A stretch of DNA of 64,000 nucleotides from Acidobacteriota bacterium (GCA_963664705.1 OY761556.1:1664001-1728000); one strand, 5' to 3'; shown: positions 1 to 10,389, counted from the first letter of the stretch. Numbers and translations are program-made. Notes: generated from the letters alone by a model not told the origin.

Positions 1-465
1 ATGGCATCGGATTCGTTGAAAAGAGAGCCGGACACACTGGCTCAACCATTGTTGGCCCGCTTGCAGAAATCGCCGGACGACCCTGTTTTGCTGGCGGAAA
101 TAGGCAAGATCTATTATCAAGCCCGACAGTTCCACACTGCGGCGGAATATTATAAGAACTCTGTGAGGGTGAAGCCGGATACGGGGACGCTGGTAAAGCT
201 TGGAGGCGCCCATCATTTTGATGGCGATGACGATGCGGCCCTCGGTGCCTGGAATCGCGCGCTGCAACTCGATCCCACTAACGCCGATGCACTGTTTAAT
301 ATCGGTTTTGTTCAATGGCAGGAGCGGGGCAACCGGAAAGAAGCGATTGCCGCCTGGCAGAAGTTGCTTAGGACAAATCCGAACCATCCGAAACGGGCTC
401 AAGTGGAGGAGCTTCTCACGCAGGCAAAGCGACACGCGGAAATTCCTGCAAGTGGGAGCGACTAG
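1..465 (+). CDS. TPR-repeat protein (CcmH/NrfG-like TPR region), possibly 5'-partial
   Basis: Three TPR-like units (LAEIGKIYYQ..., LVKLGGAHHF..., ALFNIGFVQW...EAIAAWQKLL..P); lies directly upstream of a multiheme cytochrome gene. Confidence 0.75.
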   Translation: MASDSLKREPDTLAQPLLARLQKSPDDPVLLAEIGKIYYQARQFHTAAEYYKNSVRVKPDTGTLVKLGGAHHFDGDDDAALGAWNRALQLDPTNADALFNIGFVQWQERGNRKEAIAAWQKLLRTNPNHPKRAQVEELLTQAKRHAEIPASGSD

Positions 466-559
466 CGCGCGCAAGTGCCCTGTATAGGCTTTGCGGTCGA
501 GAGTACAATTTGGTAAAGCGGAATTTGTTTGCGCGGCCGCCCGCGGAGGAGGGAGCACT

Positions 560-1918
560 ATGCGATCATTGATAAGGGTCGGATCGATCCTGTGCATTAC
601 AGTTGGGCTGGAAATGCTGATGATGGGCAACGCCGCAGATCGCAAGCCGAGCAAGCCCAAGACTGTCCCCCAGCAGTTCTGGCAGACCTCCACCTGCAGA
701 GGATGCCACGATGAAATCGTCGAACAACACCTGGCGTCCTCCCATGAGATGTCTTTCACTAATCCCGCATTCCAGGCTCAATATAGAAAGGACCTGCTGC
801 CCAAAGCCGGGACAGATCCGCAACTGAATGCGGATGCGCGCGAATGTATTGCCTGCCATGAACCGATCGCCTATGCCACAAATGGCCCAAAGTCGGTGTC
901 ACTCCTGGAAATCGACCCGAAAATGAATGGAGTGACATGCGATGTCTGTCACACCATGACCGGATTCCGCGATGGCAAGGCGCAAAACGGCAACTATATC
1001 CTGGAGCCGGGCGACAGAAAGTTTGGTCCCTTTAAGGGACCGGGAGATTGGCACCATATTTATTCAGAACTCCAGACCAAAAGCGAAATTTGCGCCGTCT
1101 GCCATGAAGCGGTCAACCGGTACGGGCTCAGGATCAAATCTACTTTTGCGGAATGGCAGGAGAGCACCTTTGCCCAACAAGGGGTGCAATGCCAAGATTG
1201 CCATATGAACGTTGACGGATTCCTTACGGCAGGAAAACCCCGGTTCGCTTCCGGCAAAGCGGCAGCCATGACTCTTGGAAGCGCTCCGCAGCGGGACCGG
1301 CTGTATACGCACCAGTTTCCCGGTGCTCATTCCAAGACGCAAATCGAGGGCGCTATCACTCTGGATATTGAAGCGGATGCCCGCAACAGCCAACCGGATC
1401 ATGCGCTTGCTCTGAGCGTCACGGTCGATAACTCGCGCACGGGACACAGCATGCCATCCGGCAGCGCGGATCTCCGGTTGCTGTGGATGGAGGTGGTGGT
1501 ACGGATCGGGAACGACCCTGGAAAGCCTGCCGTCATCATAGATCCCGAGGGACAGGACGAATCGAAGGCGTACTCTCTCGCAGGGCGCGGGAAGTTTGAT
1601 TCCATGCTTCTGGGATCGGAGGTTCCGAAGGGAAGCCGCATCTATCGCGCCATTTTCACTGATGGTACCGGGCAAGCTACGCTCGATTCATACACGGCCG
1701 TGGCCAAGCTGTTCGATAACCGGTTGAAAGCTGCGGAGAAGCGTAAGGAATCCTACCGATTTGCCGTGCCGGAAGGAGCAAAGGGGGATATTACGGTCAA
1801 AGCAACGCTGAAGTATCTGCCCTATTCCAGCATATTCACTCGGCGATTTGGGTTGCCTCTCCCTGAGGCAGTCATCGTCGCGCAGCGGGAGATTCATTTG
1901 GCTGCACAGGACCGCTGA
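560..1918 (+). CDS. Exported pentaheme c-type cytochrome (c554/c552-4-like heme domain plus C-terminal beta-rich domain)
   Basis: 5 CXXCH motifs (CRGCH, CIACH, CDVCH, CAVCH, CQDCH); hydrophobic N-terminus; GGAGGAGGGAG RBS before ATG 560. Confidence 0.85.
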   Translation: MRSLIRVGSILCITVGLEMLMMGNAADRKPSKPKTVPQQFWQTSTCRGCHDEIVEQHLASSHEMSFTNPAFQAQYRKDLLPKAGTDPQLNADARECIACHEPIAYATNGPKSVSLLEIDPKMNGVTCDVCHTMTGFRDGKAQNGNYILEPGDRKFGPFKGPGDWHHIYSELQTKSEICAVCHEAVNRYGLRIKSTFAEWQESTFAQQGVQCQDCHMNVDGFLTAGKPRFASGKAAAMTLGSAPQRDRLYTHQFPGAHSKTQIEGAITLDIEADARNSQPDHALALSVTVDNSRTGHSMPSGSADLRLLWMEVVVRIGNDPGKPAVIIDPEGQDESKAYSLAGRGKFDSMLLGSEVPKGSRIYRAIFTDGTGQATLDSYTAVAKLFDNRLKAAEKRKESYRFAVPEGAKGDITVKATLKYLPYSSIFTRRFGLPLPEAVIVAQREIHLAAQDR

Positions 1919-1952
1919 CGGGGCGCCTCGCTGGATGCACCGGCGTTCCGGC

Positions 1953-2088
1953 TAATGCCACATACGATTTGTCGAGAGTGAAGCCCATGGGAGTGCGGTG
2001 GCTTGCTACCGCACTCGGCGTTTATAATTTTCAAAGGCGGCGGCAAGCTGCCGCGCTCCATGGCGCCCATTCGGGGGCGCCTTTTTTA
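1953..2088 (+). repeat. REPIN/MITE-like dispersed repeat, copy A
   Basis: Colinear with 36503-36634 and 45787-45925 (tttgtcgag.g.gaag...ggagtgcggtggcttgc...tttt.aaa.g.ggc.gc..gct.ccgc.ctc.a.g...cc.attcggg); internal palindromes. Confidence 0.8.
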
Positions 2089-2312
2089 TCCCATCGCCCG
2101 GCAGCAAAATGAGCCAAAAAAATCTTTGTGGTCTTCGAGGTCTTCGAGGTTAATGGGGTTACCAATTCGCTCAAGTCAGGTTCGAAGACGCCGGCGCTCC
2201 CAGTGAGCCCCGGCATCATTCCGCATCGAGCCGAAGAGCTTCTTTACCTAACCCGCAAAATTCACTAAAGCAGGACTTGGTTGTTCAAAACCAGGTCGGC
2301 AGTTCGCTTCAC

Positions 2313-3707
2313 TTACATGTCGTGACACTTTTGGCAGGTCGCCTCTTTATTGTTGGTCAGCAATTTGGGCCCCGTCGAAGTCGAATGAGAGGCATGACAG
2401 GTGATGCAATTTAGCTCTGCCTTATCCGCCGTTGCAGCCACCCAAACGGGGTGTCTCGAGGTCGGATGCCCCAGTCTCTCATTGATAAGATTCAGTACCA
2501 CCAGTTTTTCAAATGACTTTGGGGGGACGCTGACTTTGCCGTCGAAGAGAGGATAGGGCTCACTGCTTCGAAACATCCTGGCGCCGTTCGAACCGTGGCA
2601 GGCAAGACAAAGATCCGTCACAGGTGCATATAGCTCCGTGGGGTTGTCCGAAGCGTGCGCATCGTGGCAGAAGGCGCACGATTGATTAACAGGCTCATGA
2701 ACATACTTGCCTGTGAGTTCAAATCGGGACAGCTTTGCAAAGGTCTTGGGAGGGAGGCTTACAAGACCGTTGAACAGAGGAAATGGTTGGCTGCTCTGAA
2801 CGATCTTCTCGGCGTTGGGACCATGGCAATTCATACAGATATCCCGCAACGAGACCCGCAGTTCCTTGGGAAAATCCGAGGCATGTGCATCGTGACAGAT
2901 AAGGCAGGATTTTTTTGCAGGCTCGTGTACATATTTTGAAGACAGTTTCAGATATTCCATCTTTGAGGATTCATTGTCCGTCGAAGGCTTGCCGGCTTTT
3001 GTCGTCTGCTTGGGCTGTTCAACGTGACAACCCAGGCAAAGATCCTGGGCAGGTTTTTTCAGGTGATATTCCTGGTTGGCGGCATGAGGGTCGTGACATT
3101 CCATGCAGGAGTGATCGCTCTGCGATAAAAGCTTATGCCGGCTTCCAGCGCCCGCCATTTTTGCCTTGAATTGGGTATGGCATTCATAGCAGAGCGAGTC
3201 CACCGTTGCCGCCGTCAGTCCAACCTTTCCGTTTACCGAGGCCGGGTGGCAGGCTGCGCATAAGCGCGCGGCGTAAGGACCATGCGAGTATTGGAGCAAC
3301 AGCTTTGGTTTGTCGGAAGAATGAGGATCGTGGCAGCCGGTACACCTCGATTTTCCAAGCGGCTGATTGTCATGGGCGGGAGAAAGATTTTTGCCCGCAG
3401 AATGGCATTCCATACAGAGTTCGGGCTCTTTTGCTTTCAGATAAAACTCGGGCGGCTCTTTCAGATTGGCCGGAGTAAGGCGGTTGCAGTCCAGGTGGCA
3501 GGCAACACAACCGCTTTTTTCGATTGCCGGCTCTCTGTATTTTTTCAGAGGCTCGATACTTTTAGGATCCTGGTATTTGGAGCAGCCATCCTTGATCGCG
3601 GCGTCCTGCAGAGAGCCTGCGTGTGCGGATTCAAAACAAGCCAGGATGATCAGGATACGTGCGGATTGCCTGACTAAACTCCAAGATCTGTGGACATCCA
3701 TTTTCAT
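2313..3707 (-). CDS. Exported 13-heme cytochrome c (doubled-CXXCH / cytochrome c3-like repeat type)
   Basis: 13 CXXCH motifs in the CXXCH-DPH...LCXXCH pattern; signal peptide ending SAHA. Confidence 0.9.
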   Translation of the reverse strand: MKMDVHRSWSLVRQSARILIILACFESAHAGSLQDAAIKDGCSKYQDPKSIEPLKKYREPAIEKSGCVACHLDCNRLTPANLKEPPEFYLKAKEPELCMECHSAGKNLSPAHDNQPLGKSRCTGCHDPHSSDKPKLLLQYSHGPYAARLCAACHPASVNGKVGLTAATVDSLCYECHTQFKAKMAGAGSRHKLLSQSDHSCMECHDPHAANQEYHLKKPAQDLCLGCHVEQPKQTTKAGKPSTDNESSKMEYLKLSSKYVHEPAKKSCLICHDAHASDFPKELRVSLRDICMNCHGPNAEKIVQSSQPFPLFNGLVSLPPKTFAKLSRFELTGKYVHEPVNQSCAFCHDAHASDNPTELYAPVTDLCLACHGSNGARMFRSSEPYPLFDGKVSVPPKSFEKLVVLNLINERLGHPTSRHPVWVAATADKAELNCITCHASHSTSTGPKLLTNNKEATCQKCHDM

Positions 3708-3773
3708 AATTTACATCCGCATATTTGACGGAATTGAGTTTGAGCCCTGCGTACAGACGGCATGCACGGCCTT

Positions 3774-5078
3774 TTACTGTTTTCCCGTTTTTGCTGATTG
3801 GCGGTCGTATTTCTGAACCGCATGGCAACCCGGTGCACAACTGCCTCCGGTATCGCTCTTCTCGAATTTTATCGGTAGCTTCCATGTTCCAAACGGTACC
3901 GTGGTTCCAATAAGCTGAGGAGTTGCACTGGCGTGAACCTCATGACACGAACGGCAAGTTCTGCCATGAGACGTTCGGTTGACATGAACAAAATGAAGAT
4001 TGCGGTCGCCGTCACGGAACTGGGTTGCGCTTGTCGTATGCTCTTCCGTTGCCAGAGGCGTCTCGTGACAGCGGAAGCAAAGATCATAATTTGAAATGAA
4101 GAACGGTGCGTAAAAGTTCTGTGTGTATTGATCGGTCAGCAGTCGAAAGTAGGGCGAGCCATGCGGGTTGTGGCAAGCCGAACAATTCCTGTTTTGAATC
4201 GGACCGTGCTGGTTCGGGTTTGCCGCCAGCAGTTGTTTCATATCCGCGAATTCCTGGGTTTCCGTTTTCACCGGCTTGTCGTGGCACTTAAGGCAGATAT
4301 TGAGTCCGTCGGCAAGCAACAGGTTGTTTTCCTGCGCTGCATGTGGATCGTGGCAGTTCATGCAGGCTGCATCTTCCTTGACCGGCGAATGCTTTACCAC
4401 CGCCGTCTGCTGATCGCGGAGTGTCTTTTCGTGACATTTTCCGCAAAGCCCGGGGAATGGTGCGGTCAGCATATATCGCTGATCGGACATGTGAGGAGAA
4501 TGACAATCCAGGCAGTCGGTGGAGGCTGCTTTATGCTTGAATCTCGCATTGGTGAACCGCGCCCCCATGTCTTTATGACATTCCATGCACATTTGCTGGC
4601 CGGCAACCCGAAGCATCCCCGGATTGTTGCCGCCGTGGGGATCGTGGCAGGTAATGCAAGCTCCGGCAGCAAATGGTCCATGAACATAGCTGCCTTTGAA
4701 CTGGTCCTTTTTATGACACTTGAAACAAAGCGGTTCCTTTGCTTCCACAAGGCGGGAAGGTCCTCCGTCCGGCGGGACCTGGTGACAGAAATCGCAAAGG
4801 TCCTCTTTTGCCAGCAGGCAATTTACTTTGGATGACACTACGCGCTGATGGCACTGCGTGCAGCCCTTTCCCCCCAACGGATCGTGTGGCTTGGTCGCCG
4901 GAATCGGTTTCGCAGGAGGCTTCTGCTCCTGGGCAGGAAGCGAACCGGACGATCCCAGCAGTCCAAGCAAAAAAACAGAAAGTACCAACGAGCCTGCCAT
5001 CCAGAGGTTGATATGCCGGGCGCGGCAGGAACCACGATTCGACTTCGGCTTGAATCTTAATAACGAGAAATTTTGCAT
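3774..5078 (-). CDS. Exported multiheme cytochrome c (12 CXXCH plus 1 CX3CH)
   Basis: Counted 12 CXXCH and terminal CAPGCH; N-terminal hydrophobic segment. Confidence 0.9.
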   Translation of the reverse strand: MQNFSLLRFKPKSNRGSCRARHINLWMAGSLVLSVFLLGLLGSSGSLPAQEQKPPAKPIPATKPHDPLGGKGCTQCHQRVVSSKVNCLLAKEDLCDFCHQVPPDGGPSRLVEAKEPLCFKCHKKDQFKGSYVHGPFAAGACITCHDPHGGNNPGMLRVAGQQMCMECHKDMGARFTNARFKHKAASTDCLDCHSPHMSDQRYMLTAPFPGLCGKCHEKTLRDQQTAVVKHSPVKEDAACMNCHDPHAAQENNLLLADGLNICLKCHDKPVKTETQEFADMKQLLAANPNQHGPIQNRNCSACHNPHGSPYFRLLTDQYTQNFYAPFFISNYDLCFRCHETPLATEEHTTSATQFRDGDRNLHFVHVNRTSHGRTCRSCHEVHASATPQLIGTTVPFGTWKLPIKFEKSDTGGSCAPGCHAVQKYDRQSAKTGKQ

Positions 5079-5165
5079 AGCAAAAATGACTGGATCAAAT
5101 ACTGCTCATATCATGACTAAATCACACAAAAACCTGGCCGATTTGTCCCGGGCTCAACGAAATTT

Positions 5166-6548
5166 CTATTGAGCATTGAGTTTCACCGGGTTGACACGGT
5201 CATAGGAATATTCACCATGGCATTCCGCAAGGCAGCTTCCTCCGGTCTTGGTTTTATTAAATCGGAACGAAGCCGTCCAGTTTCCAAACTGCCCTTTATC
5301 GAGAATAAGGTTGGGCTGGTTTCCGGCATGCGCTCCGTGGCAAGCCCGGCATGTCTGGCCACTTTTTTCCTTATTTACATGAAGGTAATGCAGATTGAGC
5401 CGACCGTTGCGAAAATCCGTATCTCTGTTTGTGTAATGCTCCCCCGCGATCCTCTCGGTATGGCATGAAAAGCACACGGCATATCTGGCCGGGTCGTAGG
5501 GCAGAGAAGTATCGGTCGGATAATCCGCAAACAGCAGGTTCGCATATTTTGAACCGTGAGGGATGTGGCATGAGTTACAGCTTTTGTCCGCCACCGGCCG
5601 ATGCTTGTATTTTGCCGCATCAATCTGAGCCTGGAATTTGTCATGGCATGTAACACAAAGTTCGTTCGCCGGTTTGCTGAGCAGGCGGCCATTTTTGTTG
5701 TCATGCGCTTTGTGACACTCGACGCAGGCCATTCCCTTGGTCATTGCTTCGTGCTTGAACTGGCTGGATTCCAGATTTTCTTTTATCTCTTTATGACATC
5801 CATCCAGACACAGTTCGCGCGGGGATCGGGTCAGCAACCCGGGAATACTGGAATCATGGGAGCGGTGGCACTTGGAACAATCCTCGCCGGTCAGGTGCAG
5901 CTTCTGCTCCCTGCCTCCCACAATGACAGGGCGCATTTTTTCGTGACACTGCTGGAGGCAAAGCTTGCTTCCCGTCGCGTCGAGCAGATTCTTGGCCTTG
6001 TTGCCATGGGGCCGATGGCAGGCCAGGCAATCGCCGCGGGCAGCCGGTTTATGGACATATTTTTTTGTAATCACCGGCTTTTTGTTATGGCACTCATTGC
6101 ATAGCAAGGATGCGGGCGTCTTGCGGACCTGGTACTTTTCTTCAGAGCCGTGGGGATCGTGGCACCCAAGGCACTTACCTTTTGCAACCGGGTCGTGCAG
6201 CATGTATCCCTTGGTATCCACACGCTTGTGGCATTGCAGACAGAGATTTGCTTCAGTTGCCACGATCTTGAATTTGTGGTCTGTACCCGGGAGCGGCAGA
6301 TGGCAAACGGTACATTGTCCAATCTGCAGCGGTCCATGAAGATATTTGTGCTTTATTACTGCGGGATGGCATTCTGCCGAGACACAGCTTTTAGTGGGAT
6401 CGGAGTGCTTTTGTTCTTTGGCGTGGGTCATGCCGGGCGCACAAAAGCCTCCAACCAGCAGGAAAAGCAGAACTCTAATGGCGCACAGCATTCTGCCGGG
6501 TGCAAGCCGTCCACCGTTTTCGCGAAATCCCCTATGCTTTTCCAACAC
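5166..6548 (-). CDS. Exported multiheme cytochrome c (11 CXXCH, 3 CX3CH, 1 CX4CH)
   Basis: CXXCH repeats plus CVSAECH, CLQQCH, CLDGCH, CLAECH; GTG start after GAGGA; C-terminus paralogous to 3774-5078. Confidence 0.9.
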   Translation of the reverse strand: MLEKHRGFRENGGRLAPGRMLCAIRVLLFLLVGGFCAPGMTHAKEQKHSDPTKSCVSAECHPAVIKHKYLHGPLQIGQCTVCHLPLPGTDHKFKIVATEANLCLQCHKRVDTKGYMLHDPVAKGKCLGCHDPHGSEEKYQVRKTPASLLCNECHNKKPVITKKYVHKPAARGDCLACHRPHGNKAKNLLDATGSKLCLQQCHEKMRPVIVGGREQKLHLTGEDCSKCHRSHDSSIPGLLTRSPRELCLDGCHKEIKENLESSQFKHEAMTKGMACVECHKAHDNKNGRLLSKPANELCVTCHDKFQAQIDAAKYKHRPVADKSCNSCHIPHGSKYANLLFADYPTDTSLPYDPARYAVCFSCHTERIAGEHYTNRDTDFRNGRLNLHYLHVNKEKSGQTCRACHGAHAGNQPNLILDKGQFGNWTASFRFNKTKTGGSCLAECHGEYSYDRVNPVKLNAQ

Positions 6549-6560
6549 GAAAGCCGTTCC

Positions 6561-8012
6561 TCACTGTTCTTTATGAACCATGAAATCAAACAAGGGCGGT
6601 TTCTCTTCCTTGAGCGCCAGTATAGTGTGGCACAGCCGACAATCGGCACGGACCGCCTTTCCCGCACCATTGATGTGATTGTTGCCATGACATCGCAGGC
6701 ATCCCGGATTGGCTGTAGTGTGTCCGATGTGATTGGGATAGGTTCCCCAGCTGATGTTCATTCGGGGCCAGACATTCCGGCTGTAGATTTCCTGGACTCG
6801 ATCTGCCGCCCGACTCAGCAGCGCACGATCGGGATTTTCTTCCGGATGGCCGAGGTACCAATCCAGCAGAGCTGCGCGCGCTGCCTTGTCTTGGATTGCC
6901 GCATCGTCAAACTTCCTCGCCAGCACCTCTCCAGAAGCCTTCCTCAAATACGGGACCCGCTGTAATGCGGGATCCTGATTGAACATGTCATCCAATTCGC
7001 CTTCGGCCGTACGGTAGATGTGGGTGGGTCGATTATGACAATCGACGCATTCCATTGTCCTTTTGGGAGCCGCCGCGATTTGTTCGTTTGAAAGCCGAAG
7101 CCCGGTAAAACGGTATTCTACCGGCGGGGAAGAGCCTTTCTCAAGCCTTACCCAAGGGATATCCCTGCGATCTCCTTTTTCCGATATGAAAGTCACGCGG
7201 TTCCCCTGGCTAACGTGCCAGTGAATTCCACCGGCCCTTCCTCCCTCGGCGCCCGGACCTCCCACTTTAAGCAGCAGGGCCGTGTATCGTTTTGTGTTAT
7301 TGCGATCAGTGTCGTAGTGGGCAATGATCTTGAGCTTATCCCCGGCAAACTTTTCCGGCCAGTGGCACTGTTCGCAGGTTTCCCGTGAAGGCCGCAGATG
7401 TTCAATCGGCGTCGGAATCGGCCGGCTATAGGTCCCGAAAGTCACGGCATAGACCTGGCGCAGTCCGGATATTTTGGAGCGCACGAACCAGGATGCACCG
7501 GGACCAATGTGGCAGTCGACGCAAACAACACGTGCGTGCGGTGACCGCGTATATAGAACATATTCCGGTTCCATTACTTTGTGGCAGAGCAGCCCGCAGA
7601 AGCTGGCAGAATCCATGTATTCAAAACCAGCGATGACAATAATCAATGTCAGTACGACGTTCGCAATACTGAAAAGGATAAATGCAATGATCCGGTTGCG
7701 AACATCCTCTTCACCGGAGAGACGTCGCAGGATCTCGGCAATGGATTTTTCCCGGAGGCTCGGGTCCTCAATGCACTGTTTTTTGAACGCGAGGTAAACA
7801 CCGATCGGAATGAGAGCCAGGCCACCAAAAAAGAAGGAGGGCACAAGTATCAGGAAGAGAATTCCGGCGTAGGCACTGTCCGTGCGCGCAAAAATGGTGG
7901 CACCGGTATAGATGACGGCTGATATGGTCCCGAAGGTGACCATATAGCCCCCCAATTTGGCAAGGGGATGGCAAGTAATGACCCCAACAAGCAGCCGGTA
8001 CAAACGCCACAT
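6561..8012 (-). CDS. NapC/NirT-family membrane-anchored multiheme cytochrome (putative quinol dehydrogenase) with extra TM helices and C-terminal heme domain
   Basis: About 3 N-terminal TM segments; FCGLLCHKVMEPEY...SPHARVVCVDCHIGPG...SKISGLRQV typical of NapC/NirT; 5 CXXCH plus 1 CX3CH; AAGGAGA RBS. Confidence 0.85.
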   Translation of the reverse strand: MWRLYRLLVGVITCHPLAKLGGYMVTFGTISAVIYTGATIFARTDSAYAGILFLILVPSFFFGGLALIPIGVYLAFKKQCIEDPSLREKSIAEILRRLSGEEDVRNRIIAFILFSIANVVLTLIIVIAGFEYMDSASFCGLLCHKVMEPEYVLYTRSPHARVVCVDCHIGPGASWFVRSKISGLRQVYAVTFGTYSRPIPTPIEHLRPSRETCEQCHWPEKFAGDKLKIIAHYDTDRNNTKRYTALLLKVGGPGAEGGRAGGIHWHVSQGNRVTFISEKGDRRDIPWVRLEKGSSPPVEYRFTGLRLSNEQIAAAPKRTMECVDCHNRPTHIYRTAEGELDDMFNQDPALQRVPYLRKASGEVLARKFDDAAIQDKAARAALLDWYLGHPEENPDRALLSRAADRVQEIYSRNVWPRMNISWGTYPNHIGHTTANPGCLRCHGNNHINGAGKAVRADCRLCHTILALKEEKPPLFDFMVHKEQ

Positions 8013-8197
8013 GCGGTTCTCCTTTAGTAAATCAACTCATGCCTGCACGCCGCTTGAGTGTCGGCGTCACTCGATTCAAGGCCTCGCTGTCCGATCGGAG
8101 CGACGGAATGAATGCACTGCATTTCTTTTTTTTCTTAACGACCCGAAAAATCAAATATTCCAACCGGCATTGCGCGCCTGGGGAGACATAGCTCCCA

Positions 8198-10348
8198 TTA
8201 TTCGCGGGGCGCAACACTGGCAGGAGGGCGTTGAGAGCGCTGCCATTGTTTCCAACGCTCCCGGTCCGACCCAAAATCTTCCCGTGTGATCCGCTTCAGC
8301 GCCCACACAGCTTCAATGCGAACGGTCTCGCGTCTGTCTTCCAGGGCGGCGATGAGCAAGCCGACCGGACCCGGAGAAGCCATTTTCCCAAGAACCCGTA
8401 CGGCAGACAGCCGAACATCCTCGTCCGGGTCTTCCAAGGCTGCGCCAAGAACGGACACGATGCGCGCGTCGTCGATAGACCCCAAGGCACGAATGACCAT
8501 CTGGCGTATCAATGGATCTTTATCCTTGAGGGCAGCGGCAAGGGGTTCCACAAGTCTGGAATCCCTGAACTGAGTGGCTGCCTCGATTAAGCCGATCCGG
8601 ACGCGTGGCACCGGGTTCTTCAGCGCCGCCCCCAGTAGATTCACAGTCTGTGGATCCTTGCTGTTTTTCAGCGCCTGGAGCGCGCTGTTACGGGCCCGGG
8701 CATTGTCATCGTTCAGTGCGGCAATCAGCGAAGGCAGAACCTGCGGACCTCCGATTTGTCCCAAGGCAAGGATGACGGCTTCACGGACGTCGGGGTCCGG
8801 ATCCTTCTGAAGAGCGATTAGGGGTTCGATCGCACGAAGATCCTGAATCTGCCCCAGTGTTTGAATCACTACTCTGCGTGTGACGGGATTGTTTTCTTTC
8901 AAAATCAGGAGGAGCCGGTCCACCGCTCGCCGGTCTCGGACTTGGCCCAAAGACTGAATGATCCCGTCGCGTCGGCGCCCGGTACTATCCTTCAATGCGG
9001 CAAGCAGGAGGTCGATAATGCGGGGATCATCTAAAGTTCCCAACGCCACAATCGCACCGCTGCGTGTCTGCGGATTCTCGTCATCCAAAACGGTGATGAG
9101 CGCTTCCGCAAGTCGGCGGTCTTTGACGGGAGGCAATGCTTGCACAACCGACTTTTTGGGTCCGGCATCGCCATTTTTCAAAACAGCGACCAGGGACTCC
9201 ACGGCCGGTTCACCCATTCTCGCCAGGGTTTCAGCGGCCTCGGCGGCTGGTGAAACGGTTATGATCTGGCGCGGAATGCCACTATCCACATAAATCTGTT
9301 TGTCGATCCTTGGATCGTAAAGAGCTTCCAGGAGCGCTAATACCGCTCCCTGCGCGGATGATCCTGATTTCCTGAGCATAACAGCGGCGTCGGCTTTTGC
9401 ACTTGCGTCGCTGTTCCTGAGCTTTTTGATCTGCGCCCGCACCACTGCCGGTGCCGCGTTCTCCCATTCCGTCAAGTGTTTTTTCAGTTGTGGAGAGCTT
9501 CTGAATAAAGATTCATCTCCGAGGGGTTTGATTTCCCTGGAGTCCTTGACTTCAAGCATCCTGGCGCCCAGTTTTCGAGCATCCACATTCTGGTTTGCAG
9601 AATCGGAGCTGTGAGCGTCGCGAATGTGTGCCAGGGCGATGGTGGCATGGCTGCGGACCTGGCTGTTTTGATCTTTCAGCAGGCTGCCAAGCGGATCGAC
9701 AGCGCGCGGATCTTGAATATTTCCCAAAGCTTCGGCCGCATTGGAGCGGACATCGTCATTCGGGCTTTTTAATGCGGAGATAAGAGGGGCAACGGCTGCC
9801 GAGCCCAGTTTCGCCAATGCCGTAGCCGCAATTTTCTGAAGCAGCGGATTGGTGTCTTGCAATGCAGCCATGAGGGGATCGACGGCGCGCGGATCCTTGA
9901 ATTCGCCGAGGGCCTCCGCGGCTCCATAGCTGACAAGCGAATCTTTGATTCTGAGAGCGGCAATCAGCGAGTCTATGGCACGGGGATCCCGAATATCCTT
10001 CAGCGCTATTGCCGCGCGGAAGCTTACGGTGGGATCTTCATCCTTCACTGCCGTGATGAGGGAGTCGACGGCGCGCGGATCCTTGATCCGGCCAAGAACG
10101 ACTGCCGCCTCCCGGCGAGCATTCACATTCCGGCTCTTCAATGCACTAACCAAAGGATCGACCGCTGCGGAACCCGCTTTCAGCAGGGAATCGGCGGCCT
10201 CTGCGCGCACAGCTCGATCCTCGTCCTTTAACCCATCCAGCAGGGTGGTGATTGGAATGTCCTGACTGTGACCAATGCATAAGCATCCCTGTGCAAATGC
10301 ATACAGAAACAGCATGCCCAAAACCCGGATTTGAATTTGCGCTTTCAT
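8198..10348 (-). CDS. Exported HEAT (PBS-lyase/EZ-HEAT) repeat protein
   Basis: Many ~31-aa repeats (LI.AL.D.D..VR..AA.ALG.I.DPRAV.P); N-terminal signal-like segment. Confidence 0.85.
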   Translation of the reverse strand: MKAQIQIRVLGMLFLYAFAQGCLCIGHSQDIPITTLLDGLKDEDRAVRAEAADSLLKAGSAAVDPLVSALKSRNVNARREAAVVLGRIKDPRAVDSLITAVKDEDPTVSFRAAIALKDIRDPRAIDSLIAALRIKDSLVSYGAAEALGEFKDPRAVDPLMAALQDTNPLLQKIAATALAKLGSAAVAPLISALKSPNDDVRSNAAEALGNIQDPRAVDPLGSLLKDQNSQVRSHATIALAHIRDAHSSDSANQNVDARKLGARMLEVKDSREIKPLGDESLFRSSPQLKKHLTEWENAAPAVVRAQIKKLRNSDASAKADAAVMLRKSGSSAQGAVLALLEALYDPRIDKQIYVDSGIPRQIITVSPAAEAAETLARMGEPAVESLVAVLKNGDAGPKKSVVQALPPVKDRRLAEALITVLDDENPQTRSGAIVALGTLDDPRIIDLLLAALKDSTGRRRDGIIQSLGQVRDRRAVDRLLLILKENNPVTRRVVIQTLGQIQDLRAIEPLIALQKDPDPDVREAVILALGQIGGPQVLPSLIAALNDDNARARNSALQALKNSKDPQTVNLLGAALKNPVPRVRIGLIEAATQFRDSRLVEPLAAALKDKDPLIRQMVIRALGSIDDARIVSVLGAALEDPDEDVRLSAVRVLGKMASPGPVGLLIAALEDRRETVRIEAVWALKRITREDFGSDRERWKQWQRSQRPPASVAPRE

Positions 10349-10389
10349 TTTTCTCTACAATACATGAACATAGCCCGCTCAGCCAGCGA

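Noticed and set aside
1953-2088. Repeat as a CRISPR array or riboswitch
   Set aside because: Copies are dispersed kilobases apart with no spacers or cas genes, sit 3' of genes, and match no riboswitch consensus I recognise
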